Assembly: GCF_000015585.1 (NCBI RefSeq)
Contig: NC_008789.1
Span: forward strand, 1,830,001-1,862,000
Origin: Halorhodospira halophila SL1
GTDB taxonomy: Bacteria > Pseudomonadota > Gammaproteobacteria > Nitrococcales > Halorhodospiraceae
Length of the DNA stretch: 32,000 nucleotides
Reading direction: 5' to 3'
Notes under the pieces: generated by a model
What the model was told of the DNA's origin: nothing
Seen by the model: only the letters and a program-made list of their open reading frames with translations
Databases searched by the model: none
Shown: in pieces, positions 1 through 12,072 of the stretch
Numbering within the stretch: position 1 is the stretch's first letter
Layout of the letters: each line of letters starts with the position of its first letter
Translations under genes and position numbers: made by a program

Positions 1-833
1 TCCTTCCGGAAGTGGAAGATGCCCCAGGACAGGTAGCCGTTGTTGCCGCCCTCGACCCAGTGCTGCAGGCCCTTTTTCATGCGGGCGACGTAGTCGTCGG
101 AGACGATCCCGTCAAGCTCGTGACCGCGCCGCTCCAGCTCCTTATGAACACGGCCATAGTGGCGCGGGAGCTGCGGCGTATTGTCATCGAACTCGAGCTC
201 CGTCATGCCGTTCTTCTTGAGCTCCTCACGGTAGAAGCCCGGCGTACCCATAGTCGAGAGGTGGATGCGATCGAGGATCGGCTGGAGGACACCCTCGGGG
301 CAGTCGTCGGCCTGCATCGGGTCCGTAAAGATGAACTCACCGCCCTTCTTCAGCACGCGAGTCACCTCGCTCATCACCCGGGGCCGATCACCGCTGTGCA
401 GGAACGAGTCCTGGCACCAGACGATATCGAACGTCTCGGCGTCGAAGGGGATGTCCTCAAAGGCCCCGTCCACCACCTCGATCAGGTGATCGACGCCCTG
501 CTCCTTGTTCATCTGCCGGTCGCGCTCATTCTCGCGCTCGGAGAGATTCAGCGCGACCACGCGGCACCCGTAGGTGTGCGCCAGGTAGCGGGCCACGCCG
601 CCGTAACCGGCGCCCACGTCCAGCACGTAGCTGTCGGCGCTCAGGTTATTCAGCTTCGCGGCCATCCGCTCGACCGTCCGACGACTGGCGTCGAAGATCG
701 GCTCATCCTCGTCTTCGTAGATGCCGACGTGCAGATCCTCACCCCCCCAGATGTGGAAGTAGAAGTTGTCTGCATCGCGACTGTTGTAATACTGGCGGGC
801 CACCTCAATGGCCTCGTCATCATACTGACTCAT
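1..833 (-). CDS. sdmt: Sarcosine/dimethylglycine N-methyltransferase (SDMT); the 3' end runs off the window by about 1-2 codons
   Basis: Absent from the ORF track because no stop codon lies inside the window. My minus-strand translation from the ATG at 833 reads MSQYDDEAIEVARQYYNSRDADNFYFHIWGGEDLHVGIYEDEDEPIF...YVLDVGAGYGGVARYL (class I SAM-binding GxGxG)...GGNNGYLSWGIFHFRK. It starts 4 nt after the GSMT stop, the gene order known for the two-enzyme glycine-to-betaine pathway of extreme halophiles. Third codon positions are G/C-rich. Confidence 0.85.
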   Translation of the reverse strand, partial: MSQYDDEAIEVARQYYNSRDADNFYFHIWGGEDLHVGIYEDEDEPIFDASRRTVERMAAKLNNLSADSYVLDVGAGYGGVARYLAHTYGCRVVALNLSERENERDRQMNKEQGVDHLIEVVDGAFEDIPFDAETFDIVWCQDSFLHSGDRPRVMSEVTRVLKKGGEFIFTDPMQADDCPEGVLQPILDRIHLSTMGTPGFYREELKKNGMTELEFDDNTPQLPRHYGRVHKELERRGHELDGIVSDDYVARMKKGLQHWVEGGNNGYLSWGIFHFRK

Positions 834-837
834 CAGG

Positions 838-1644
838 TTATTCCTCCTCCCGATAGGCCTTCTCGGCGACATGGATGAAGAAGTCGGGATCGGCATCCCG
901 ATACGTCTCCTTGAAATCGCCGTAGGTCTCGATTTTCTGGAAGCCGACCTCCTGCATCAGCCGCCGCGTGTAGTCCTTTCGCAGCGGGAACATGTTCAGG
1001 TAGTAGGTCGACCCGTCGGAGAACGCGTACTTGAACCGCGCCAGCCCGTCGTCCACATGCTCGGGATAGACCGAGACGTCATCCCCGCAGTAGTAGTAGG
1101 TGTGGCTGGAGTCGTAGCCGTGATCCAGGATGCTGTCGTAGTTCCGCTGATCCAGGATCAGGACACCGTCGTGGTTGAGGGCGGAGTAGAACTCGGCGAG
1201 GGTCTTGCGGCGGTCGCACTCGTTGAACAGGTGGGTAAAGGAGTTGCCGAGGCAAATGATAGCGTCGTAGCGACCGTGAATGTCCTGATTCAGCCACCGC
1301 CAGTCGACCTGGACGGTGCGCAGGATATGGCCCCGTTTTCGACCGTTCTCGAAGGCCTTGGCCAGCATTTCCGCACTGCCGTCGGCACTGACGACCTCGA
1401 AACCGGCCTCGCGCAGGCGAACCGAGTGAAAACCCGTGCCGGTTGCGACGTCGAGCACCCGTTTGGCGCCCCGCTTCTTGAGCTCTTGGATGAAAAAATC
1501 ACCCTCGCTCTGGGCCCGGCTGTCCCAGTCGATCAGGTCGTCCCACTTGTCCACGAACCCGTCGACATACTCCTCCGTGTAGTGATCGGTATCCCGCACC
1601 TTGGTCGGGTCCGTCCCGAAGTCCTGCTCAGTCTGAACCTTCAT
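838..1644 (-). CDS. gsmt: Glycine/sarcosine N-methyltransferase (GSMT)
   Basis: 268-aa ORF with SAM-methyltransferase motif I (VLDVATGTGFHS). It resembles glycine N-methyltransferases (DKWDDLIDWDSRAQSEGDFF, ICLGNSFTHL) and has the same length class as the characterised halophile GSMT. It lies directly upstream of SDMT. Confidence 0.9.
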   Translation of the reverse strand: MKVQTEQDFGTDPTKVRDTDHYTEEYVDGFVDKWDDLIDWDSRAQSEGDFFIQELKKRGAKRVLDVATGTGFHSVRLREAGFEVVSADGSAEMLAKAFENGRKRGHILRTVQVDWRWLNQDIHGRYDAIICLGNSFTHLFNECDRRKTLAEFYSALNHDGVLILDQRNYDSILDHGYDSSHTYYYCGDDVSVYPEHVDDGLARFKYAFSDGSTYYLNMFPLRKDYTRRLMQEVGFQKIETYGDFKETYRDADPDFFIHVAEKAYREEE

Positions 1645-1991
1645 AGGTCACCTCTGTCTGGCGATGTTCCCTATCGGCGCACGCGCGCCATGGATACAGT
1701 GCCCCACTTCGGATCGGAGACTCCGCGTCACCGGGACCGCTTGGGCAGATTGCGATTGTTCGCCTCTCTACTGCTTCCGATGGTTCTTGTGCGGCATGCG
1801 CCCTCGCACCGTGCGGGGCGTGTCTCGGACAGGGGCCTAGGCCCATTTGACGATGCCGAGCCAGCCGCGGGCCGTCGAGCGACTCCGGGTCTCGGCACCT
1901 TCCTTTACATGCCTATACGACCGCGTCGGCCGTCAGCGTGGACATACTGTGCGGGAGATCGGCGGCGAATTCAAGCCCCGGCCCCACAGGG

Positions 1992-3764
1992 TCACCGGAC
2001 CGGGCGCAAGCGCCGTTCGGCCGGGGCAGGTTCCGGAAAGTACTGACGTGACGGGACACAGGCGAGCACATCAAGTTCCCGCTGGAAGGCCCATCCCTCC
2101 CCGGGATGAACGGCCTGCCAGGCATCCAAACCGCCCGCCAGAGAGTGGGTTGTCCGCCCATCCGCGGCGTATTGCCACCCTCGGACGGCCTGCGCCTCAT
2201 CGAGCTCCCTGCGCAAGTGCCAGCGATCGCGGCCGAACTCGTCCAGCGCACCGGAGAAGATCAGCGGCTCAACCTGTATCGCCGGCGCGGTGCCTCCGAA
2301 CCCCCGGATGATGAGATCCATCAGGCTGCGGTACTCACCCCCGCGGCGGCGCAGCACCAGTCGGTCGGCGGTCTGCCGGTCGATCTGCGCAATCGCCCCG
2401 AGGCCGTAGATCACCGTGTTCCGATCCAGGGGGCGAAACCCCCAGTCGCTGCGATTGATATCCGGTGGCAGCACGGTCACACCGTCACTCAACGCCTCCT
2501 TGCAGAGGCGAATGAGAATCTCCCGATGCGGACAGACGCCATCCGGCCCGCCTCCCACCCCATAACGCACACCGCCCCGAGGCGTCACCCGCCGCAGCGC
2601 CCGGTTCAGCCGCGCAGCCTGGAAAACCGCCGGGTAGCGTGCCTTGTAGTAGGCCTGACGGTAAGCCTCGGTGACCTCGACCAGCGTGGCCGCCCGATCC
2701 ACCACCTGGGCCAGGCCCTGGCGCAGGGCACGAAGCAGATAAAGCCCCCGCGCGTAGGGAAGCTGGCAACGGGCAGCGATGCGCTCGCCGAGCTGCCGGG
2801 AAAGCTCCCCCTCGTGGGCATCGCCCCCCTCCTCGCTTAGCCGTTGTGCGAGTCCGACCGCCTCGGCCAGCTCACAACCGAGCAACCGGGCCAGTGCCGC
2901 GACCACCTGCTCGCGGTAGAGCCAGATGTATCCCGTGGGGGCGAGGATGTCCTCGAGCTCGGGATGGGGCAATGGCGGACGGCTCGCGCCCGTGCGCGCC
3001 GCCCGATACCGCTCGAGCAGACCGTGCGGCGCCCCATCTCGGGCCGCCACCACGACCTGTGTCACTTCCTCGAGACTGCGCGGCGCCGCCTCCCGCATGC
3101 GCTCCTGCAACTGCGCATCCTCCAGCAGCGGGATCCCGGCGGTCTCCCCGCGGGCGATCAGGCGCAGGGTATCCGGATCATCCCACGGATAGGCCCAACG
3201 CAGGGGATCGCAGTCGCGGTTGTCGTTGAGTGCACGGGCCAGGCGGACCATCTCGCAGGTCAAGGCGAGCGTCGGGTCGCGCCCCACCACGACCTCGATC
3301 CCCTGTTCCGGCAGCGCCGCAGCGGCCGCACCCCCCTGGCGCAACGCCGAGCCCAGTTCCGCCTGCTCGGCGCGGGTGGCGACGCGCAAGTGCAGACGCC
3401 GGGCCTCCAGCTCGCGCCCGAAGCCGAGGAACGGCAACCCGTGATCGATGGGATCGATACCGTTGAGACCCAGCAGGTGCAGCAGCAGCGACCCGCTCTG
3501 CGGGCCGTACCCCGGCCCGAAGGTGACTCCACGGCCCCGCAGATCCTGCACCACCCAGGAGAGTTCCAGCAGCACCCCCGGCTCCAGACCCAGGCGTGCA
3601 AAGGCTGCCATCTCCTGCTCGACGCGCCGCTGGTAGCGCGTACGCCGCTCGCCGAGGGCCCGGCGCACGCAGCCACCATCGGCGGCATCCCAAAGCCGAT
3701 CCCAGGCGGCGCGCTCCAGCGCGCCCCCACGGAACGGAACGATGGTCGTGGCGTCGTCGTGCAT
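1992..3764 (-). CDS. DnaE (DNA polymerase III alpha)-like protein lacking the PHP, thumb and OB domains and with a substituted catalytic motif; function unknown, possibly a pseudo-enzyme
   Basis: 590-aa ORF. By eye it aligns in a single frame to E. coli DnaE motifs: [30 protein letters not shown] vs [40 protein letters not shown] vs [24 protein letters not shown] vs [23 protein letters not shown] vs [26 protein letters not shown] vs [27 protein letters not shown] vs [22 protein letters not shown] vs LIMSGAFDRLG. High GC3 is consistent with coding. Confidence 0.7.
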   Translation of the reverse strand: [590 protein letters not shown]

Positions 3765-3770
3765 GTTCTG

Positions 3771-3800
3771 ACTATAGCCGCGCCGGAGCCAGACCGTCGA
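3771..3800 (-). promoter_or_regulatory. Candidate sigma70-type promoter directly abutting the DnaE-like ATG (possible leaderless mRNA)
   Basis: Minus strand reads TCGACG (3800..3795), an 18-nt spacer, then TATAGT (3776..3771), then 6 nt (CAGAAC), then the ATG at 3764. No Shine-Dalgarno motif lies in the 47-nt gap after tadA. An AT-rich hexamer is conspicuous in this GC-rich context. Confidence 0.3.
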
Positions 3801-3811
3801 CGCGGCCGGGG

Positions 3812-4266
3812 TTAACGCCGGGCGCGAAAGAATTCACGCAGCAGCCCGGCGGCCGCCTCGCCGGAGACGCCAGCGGTCACCTCCACCCGATGGTTATGCC
3901 CGGGCAGACCGAGCAGGTCGAACTGCCCCCCACAGGCACCGGTTTTGGGATCCGCGGCGCCGTAGACCAGGCGCTCGATGCGGGCGTGGATCAATGCCCC
4001 GGCACACATGAAGCACGGCTCGAGGGTGACGTAGAGCGTTGCCCCGGGGAGGCGATACGCCCCCGCGGCCTGACCGGCCGCGCGCAGCGCGTTGATCTCG
4101 GCATGGGCGGTTGGATCGCGGCTGACGATCGGCTGGTTCCTCCCTTCGCCGAGCAGTACCCCGTCGCGGACCACCACCGCCCCCACGGGCACCTCGCCCT
4201 GGTCCGCGGCATATCGCGCCAACTCCAGCGCTCGCGCCATCCAGGCCGCATCGGCGCGCGCCCCAC

Positions 4267-4270
<4 letters not shown>
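3812..4270 (-). CDS. tadA: tRNA-specific adenosine deaminase TadA
   Basis: CDA-fold motifs are present: [11 protein letters not shown] (HAE zinc/catalytic motif) and [12 protein letters not shown] (PCxxC). The protein resembles E. coli TadA throughout. I chose the GTG at 4270, which overlaps the guaA TGA (GTGA), because it gives the same N-terminal length as E. coli TadA. The track ORF extends to 4393, inside guaA. An ATG at 4240 is an alternative start. Confidence 0.85.
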
Positions 4271-5856
<1,586 letters not shown>

Positions 5857-5875
5857 TGGCAACGGCTCCAGATGA

Positions 5876-7420
<1,545 letters not shown>

Positions 7421-7492
7421 TCAACAAACTTCCCATGGGCGATGGCGGCGTGTAGCTTGTAATCAGCCAACCGGAGCGAGCCGCCGCCGAGT

Positions 7493-8869
7493 ATGGAGCG
7501 CAGTAGAGACGATACCGCCGTCTACACCCCCTCGCAGCTCAATCAGGAGGTGCGGGGCATGCTCGAGACGGTGCTCCCGTCCGTCTGGGTTGAGGGCGAG
7601 ATCTCGAACCTCGCCCGCCCCTCGTCAGGGCACATGTATTTCACCCTCAAGGACCCCGGCGCCCAGGTCCGCTGCGCCCTGTTCCGCGGCCGGGCCTCGG
7701 CCCTGCGCCACCGCCCCGCCGACGGCGATCAGGTCCGCATCCGCGCCAAGGCCAGCCTCTACCCGGCCCGCGGCGAGTTTCAGCTCATCGTCGAACACCT
7801 GGAACCCTCCGGAGAAGGTGCCCTGCAGCGCGCCTTCGAGGCGCTCAAGCAGCGCCTGCAGGCCGAGGGCCTGTTCGATGCTGCGAGCAAGCGCCCGGTG
7901 CCGAAGATGCCCCGCCGGCTCGGGGTGATCACCTCGCCGACGGGGGCCGCTATCCGCGATGTCCTGCAGGTCTTGGAGCGGCGCTTCGCGGCGCTGCCGG
8001 TGCTGATCTACCCGGTACCGGTCCAGGGCGAAGCCGCCGCCCCGGCGATCGTCCGAGCCCTGGAACTCGCCGGGCATCGGGCCGAGGTCGACGCCTTGCT
8101 GCTCACCCGCGGTGGCGGTTCGCTGGAGGACCTCTGGCCCTTCAATGAGGAAGCGGTCGCGCGGGCCATCCGCGCCTGCCCGATCCCGGTCGTCAGCGCC
8201 GTCGGCCATGAGGTGGACCTCACCATCGCCGATCTGGCTGCGGATCTGCGGGCGCCCACGCCCTCTGCGGCGGCCGAGACCCTGTCGCCCGACGGCCAGG
8301 CCTGGCAGGAGCAGCTCGAGCGCCTCGGCCACCGCCTGGAGGTGGCCGCCGGCAGGCGCCTGGGCCGGGCGGGTGACCAGCTATCCGGCCTGCAGCGCCG
8401 GCTGGCCGCCCAGCATCCCGGGCGGCGCCTGCGTGATCGCGCACAGCGACTTGACGAGCTCGAGGGGCGCTTGCACCGGCTCGGCCACCAGGCCGTCGAA
8501 TCCCGCCGTAGACGCCTTCACACGGCCGAACAGCGCCTGCAGGTCCAAGACCCTCGCCGACGCACGACCAACGAGCGGCAGCGTGTGGCGGAGCTGGCGC
8601 AGCGCCTGCACCACACCGTCCGCGGCCGGCTGGAGACATCGCAACAACGACTGGGCAATGCCTCGCGTGCCCTGCACGCCGTGAGCCCGCTGGCCACACT
8701 GGAACGCGGCTACGCCGTGGTACAGCGGGAGGAGGACAGCGCGATCCTGCGCCGGGCCGACGCCGTCCGGGTGGGGGAGCGCATCCGTGCCCGCCTGGCC
8801 CACGGCGCGCTAGACTGTCGGGTTGAGGCACTGCGTAACGCGGAGGAATCGCTGCCCGATGCCGACTGA
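7493..8869 (+). CDS. xseA: Exodeoxyribonuclease VII large subunit
   Basis: An OB-fold N-terminus (VWVEGEISNLARPSSGHMYFTLKD) and core (RGGGSLEDLWPFNEEAVARAI, VVSAVGHEVDLTIADLAADLRAPTPSAAAE) closely parallel E. coli XseA. It is transcribed divergently from guaB. Confidence 0.93.
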   Translation: MERSRDDTAVYTPSQLNQEVRGMLETVLPSVWVEGEISNLARPSSGHMYFTLKDPGAQVRCALFRGRASALRHRPADGDQVRIRAKASLYPARGEFQLIVEHLEPSGEGALQRAFEALKQRLQAEGLFDAASKRPVPKMPRRLGVITSPTGAAIRDVLQVLERRFAALPVLIYPVPVQGEAAAPAIVRALELAGHRAEVDALLLTRGGGSLEDLWPFNEEAVARAIRACPIPVVSAVGHEVDLTIADLAADLRAPTPSAAAETLSPDGQAWQEQLERLGHRLEVAAGRRLGRAGDQLSGLQRRLAAQHPGRRLRDRAQRLDELEGRLHRLGHQAVESRRRRLHTAEQRLQVQDPRRRTTNERQRVAELAQRLHHTVRGRLETSQQRLGNASRALHAVSPLATLERGYAVVQREEDSAILRRADAVRVGERIRARLAHGALDCRVEALRNAEESLPDAD

Positions 8870-9692
8870 ACCACCGTGCTGCGCCCCCCGGAAAGCGCTC
8901 ATCGCCTTGGCCACGGCAGCCGGGCTGCTTCTCACCGATCCGCTCGACGCCGCGCCCCTGCCCGACTGGCCCGTCCCCGGCGGCGTGGCCCGGGTCGCCC
9001 TGGATACCGACAGCCGTCCGGACGAAGTGCGCTACGACGACGAACCGGTCATGGTGCGATCGACCCCGGAAGGCTGGCAGGCCCTGGTGGGGATCGACCT
9101 GGACGCCGAGCCGGGCACCCACACCCTGAAGGTCGACGGCGAGCCCCTCGCCTTTGAGGTCCAGCCCATCGACTACGAAGAACAGCACCTGACCATCGAC
9201 GACGAAGACATGGTCTCACCGCCGGAGGAGACCCTCGAGCGGATCTGGGCGGAACAGCGCGAGATCCGCGCCGCCTTCCGCAGCCGAGAGGTCGACGCGC
9301 AGCCACACCTGCGCCTGCACACCCCCGTGGCCGAGCACCGGATCTCGGCCACCTTCGGCTTGCAGCGCTTTCTCAACGGCGAACCCCGCAATCCGCACAA
9401 CGGGCTCGATATGGCCGCCCCCACCGGCACCCCCATCGAGGCGGCCGAGGCCGGCCGGGTGGTCGAGACCGGGGATTACTACTTCAACGGCAAGACTGTG
9501 TTCATCGATCACGGCGCCGGACTGGTCACCATGTACTGCCATCTGGACGAGATCGACGTCGACACCGGGCAGTGGGTGGAACGCGGAGAACCGATCGGCA
9601 CCGTCGGCGAGACCGGACGGGTCACCGGGCCTCATCTGCACCTGAGCGTTATCCTCAACGGCAACACCGTAGACCCCAACCTATTCCTCTAG
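8859..9692 (+). CDS. M23 family metallopeptidase (secreted)
   Basis: The C-terminal LytM/M23 signature is present: HNGLDMAAPTGTPI ... GRVTGPHLHLSVILNG. The N-terminus is hydrophobic (ALIALATAAGLLL). I chose the ATG at 8859, which overlaps the xseA end by 11 nt. The track ORF starts at a TTG at 8823. Confidence 0.85.
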   Translation: MPTEPPCCAPRKALIALATAAGLLLTDPLDAAPLPDWPVPGGVARVALDTDSRPDEVRYDDEPVMVRSTPEGWQALVGIDLDAEPGTHTLKVDGEPLAFEVQPIDYEEQHLTIDDEDMVSPPEETLERIWAEQREIRAAFRSREVDAQPHLRLHTPVAEHRISATFGLQRFLNGEPRNPHNGLDMAAPTGTPIEAAEAGRVVETGDYYFNGKTVFIDHGAGLVTMYCHLDEIDVDTGQWVERGEPIGTVGETGRVTGPHLHLSVILNGNTVDPNLFL

Positions 9693-9721
9693 GACAAGAC
9701 ACGACCCAGAAAGGAGGCATC

Positions 9722-10906
<1,185 letters not shown>

Positions 10907-10923
10907 GCGCTGCCCCTCATCGC

Positions 10924-10950
10924 GTAGGCAGCATGGGAGGCCCTGCCTAC
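10924..10950. other. GC hairpin between the convergent thiolase and yqjG genes (possible terminator or RNA-stabilising element)
   Basis: GTAGGCAG (10924..10931) pairs with CTGCCTAC (10943..10950). A second 7-bp stem, GCCCCCG/CGGGGGC, lies at 10964..10989. Neither has a U-tract, so they are not canonical intrinsic terminators. Confidence 0.25.
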
Positions 10951-11013
10951 CCGAGCCACGGCCGCCCCCGACGCGACCGCGCCGGGGGCCCTCTCCAGAC
11001 TCCCCCTGCCCGA

Positions 11014-11967
11014 TCACAGGGCGTCCCGACCGTGGGGTGCATCGAGATCCAACTGCGGCATCCGAGCGACCAGCCCCGCAGGGTTCAGGAAGGCGTGACT
11101 GCGGAAATAGTGGTGGCGGATATGCACGAAGTCGGTGGTCTCCCGGAAAGCCGGCATCTGGTAGAGCTCGCGCAGATACCCCATCAGGTTCGGATACTCG
11201 CGGATCTGGCGTTGCGAGCACTTGAAGTGCACGGCGTAGACGGCATCGAAGCGGATCAGCGTGGTATAGAGGCAGATATCCGCCTCGGTGAGACGATCGC
11301 CGCATAGATAGCGCTGCCCGCCCAACACCGCCTCCCAGTGATCCAGGGCGGCGTAGAGGGTATCGGCGGCCTCTTCGTACGCCTGCTGACTGCCGGCAAA
11401 ACCGCAGCGGTAGACGCCGTTGTTGATCGGCTCGTAGATCGCGTCGATGGTCGCATCCACCGCCTCGATATCATCTGCCGGGGCCAGGTCCAGGTCCGTG
11501 CCTGCCAGCGGGCTGAAATGGTGATTGAACATCCGCAGGAGGTCGCGGGACTCGTTGTTGACCAGCGTGCCCTCCCGACAGTCCCACAGGGCCGGCACGG
11601 TGACTCGACCATTGGCTCGGGGCTCGGCAGCGGTATAGATCTGGTGGAGGTAACGGGCCCCGTGGATTGGGTCACCGGTGGCACCGGGGAAGTCGTCGCT
11701 CAGTTCCCAACCGTTGTCCAGCATCAGCGGATGGACCACCGACACCGAGATCACCGGCTCCAGGCCCTTCAGCCGGCGGGCGATCAGCACCCGATGAGCC
11801 CAGGGACACGCCAGTGAGACGTAGACGTGGTAACGCCCCGCCTCAGGCGCGAAGCGCCCGCCCGGCTCGATCCAGTCCCGGAAACGACTCGTGTCACGCT
11901 GAAAGCGCCCGGCCTCATCGCGCTTGTACGACTCTTGCGTCCATTGCCCATCGACCAGCAAGCCCAT
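11014..11967 (-). CDS. yqjG: Glutathionyl-hydroquinone reductase (Xi-class GST, YqjG-like)
   Basis: MGLLVDGQWTQESY...RYHVYVSLACPWAHRVLIARRLKGLEPVISVSVVHPLMLDNGWE parallels E. coli YqjG (MGQLIDGVW...RYHLYVSLACPWAHRTLI...), including the CPWA active site. GGAGAGGG lies upstream of the ATG at 11967. The track ORF extension to 12030 runs into the upstream gene's terminator. Confidence 0.9.
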   Translation of the reverse strand: MGLLVDGQWTQESYKRDEAGRFQRDTSRFRDWIEPGGRFAPEAGRYHVYVSLACPWAHRVLIARRLKGLEPVISVSVVHPLMLDNGWELSDDFPGATGDPIHGARYLHQIYTAAEPRANGRVTVPALWDCREGTLVNNESRDLLRMFNHHFSPLAGTDLDLAPADDIEAVDATIDAIYEPINNGVYRCGFAGSQQAYEEAADTLYAALDHWEAVLGGQRYLCGDRLTEADICLYTTLIRFDAVYAVHFKCSQRQIREYPNLMGYLRELYQMPAFRETTDFVHIRHHYFRSHAFLNPAGLVARMPQLDLDAPHGRDAL

Positions 11968-12003
11968 TGCCCTCTCCCGGGCGGCCATCGCGCCGCCATG
12001 GCC

Positions 12004-12044
12004 CAAACAAAAAAGGCGGAGTGACCGCACCCGGTCACCCCGCC
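12004..12044 (-). terminator. Rho-independent terminator of the acidic-protein gene
   Basis: Minus strand reads GGCGGGGTGACC-GGGTGC-GGTCACTCCGCC followed by TTTTTTGTTTG, about 30 nt after the stop at 12073. Confidence 0.8.
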
Positions 12045-12072
12045 CGCTCCGTCCGGGGACTGAACCCCCCGG

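Noticed and set aside
1645-1730. Glycine-riboswitch-like fragments in the GSMT leader (minus strand GGAG...CCGAAGTGGGGCA...CCGATAGGGAAC)
   Set aside because: A glycine ON-switch for a glycine-consuming pathway is attractive. However, I could not build the P1/P3 pairings, and the conserved CUCAGGCAAAAGGAC-type closing segment is absent. The match is only short G-rich words that are common at this GC content. It needs cmscan before any claim.
1833-1844. Perfect 12-bp palindrome GGGCCTAGGCCC upstream of GSMT
   Set aside because: It could be an operator, but it is a single short GC palindrome with no partner site and too small a loop for a stable terminator hairpin. The evidence does not support calling it a feature on its own, so it is mentioned under the leader finding.
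12-2046. Plus-strand ORFs 12..878 (288 aa) and 871..2046 (391 aa)
   Set aside because: They are antisense to SDMT and GSMT, whose minus-strand translations carry SAM-methyltransferase motifs. The plus-strand products are featureless.
2106-3815. Numerous nested ORFs on both strands inside the DnaE-like gene (e.g. 2844..3815 +, 3178..3693 -, 3260..3730 -)
   Set aside because: Their translations are Arg/Pro/Gly/Ala-rich, typical of off-frame reading in high-GC DNA. Only the 1992..3764 frame shows ordered similarity to a protein family.
11968-12030. N-terminal extension of the yqjG-like ORF (track start 12030)
   Set aside because: The extension overlaps the rho-independent terminator of the upstream acidic-protein gene and is not conserved. 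The MGLLVDGQW start matches E. coli YqjG and has a Shine-Dalgarno.
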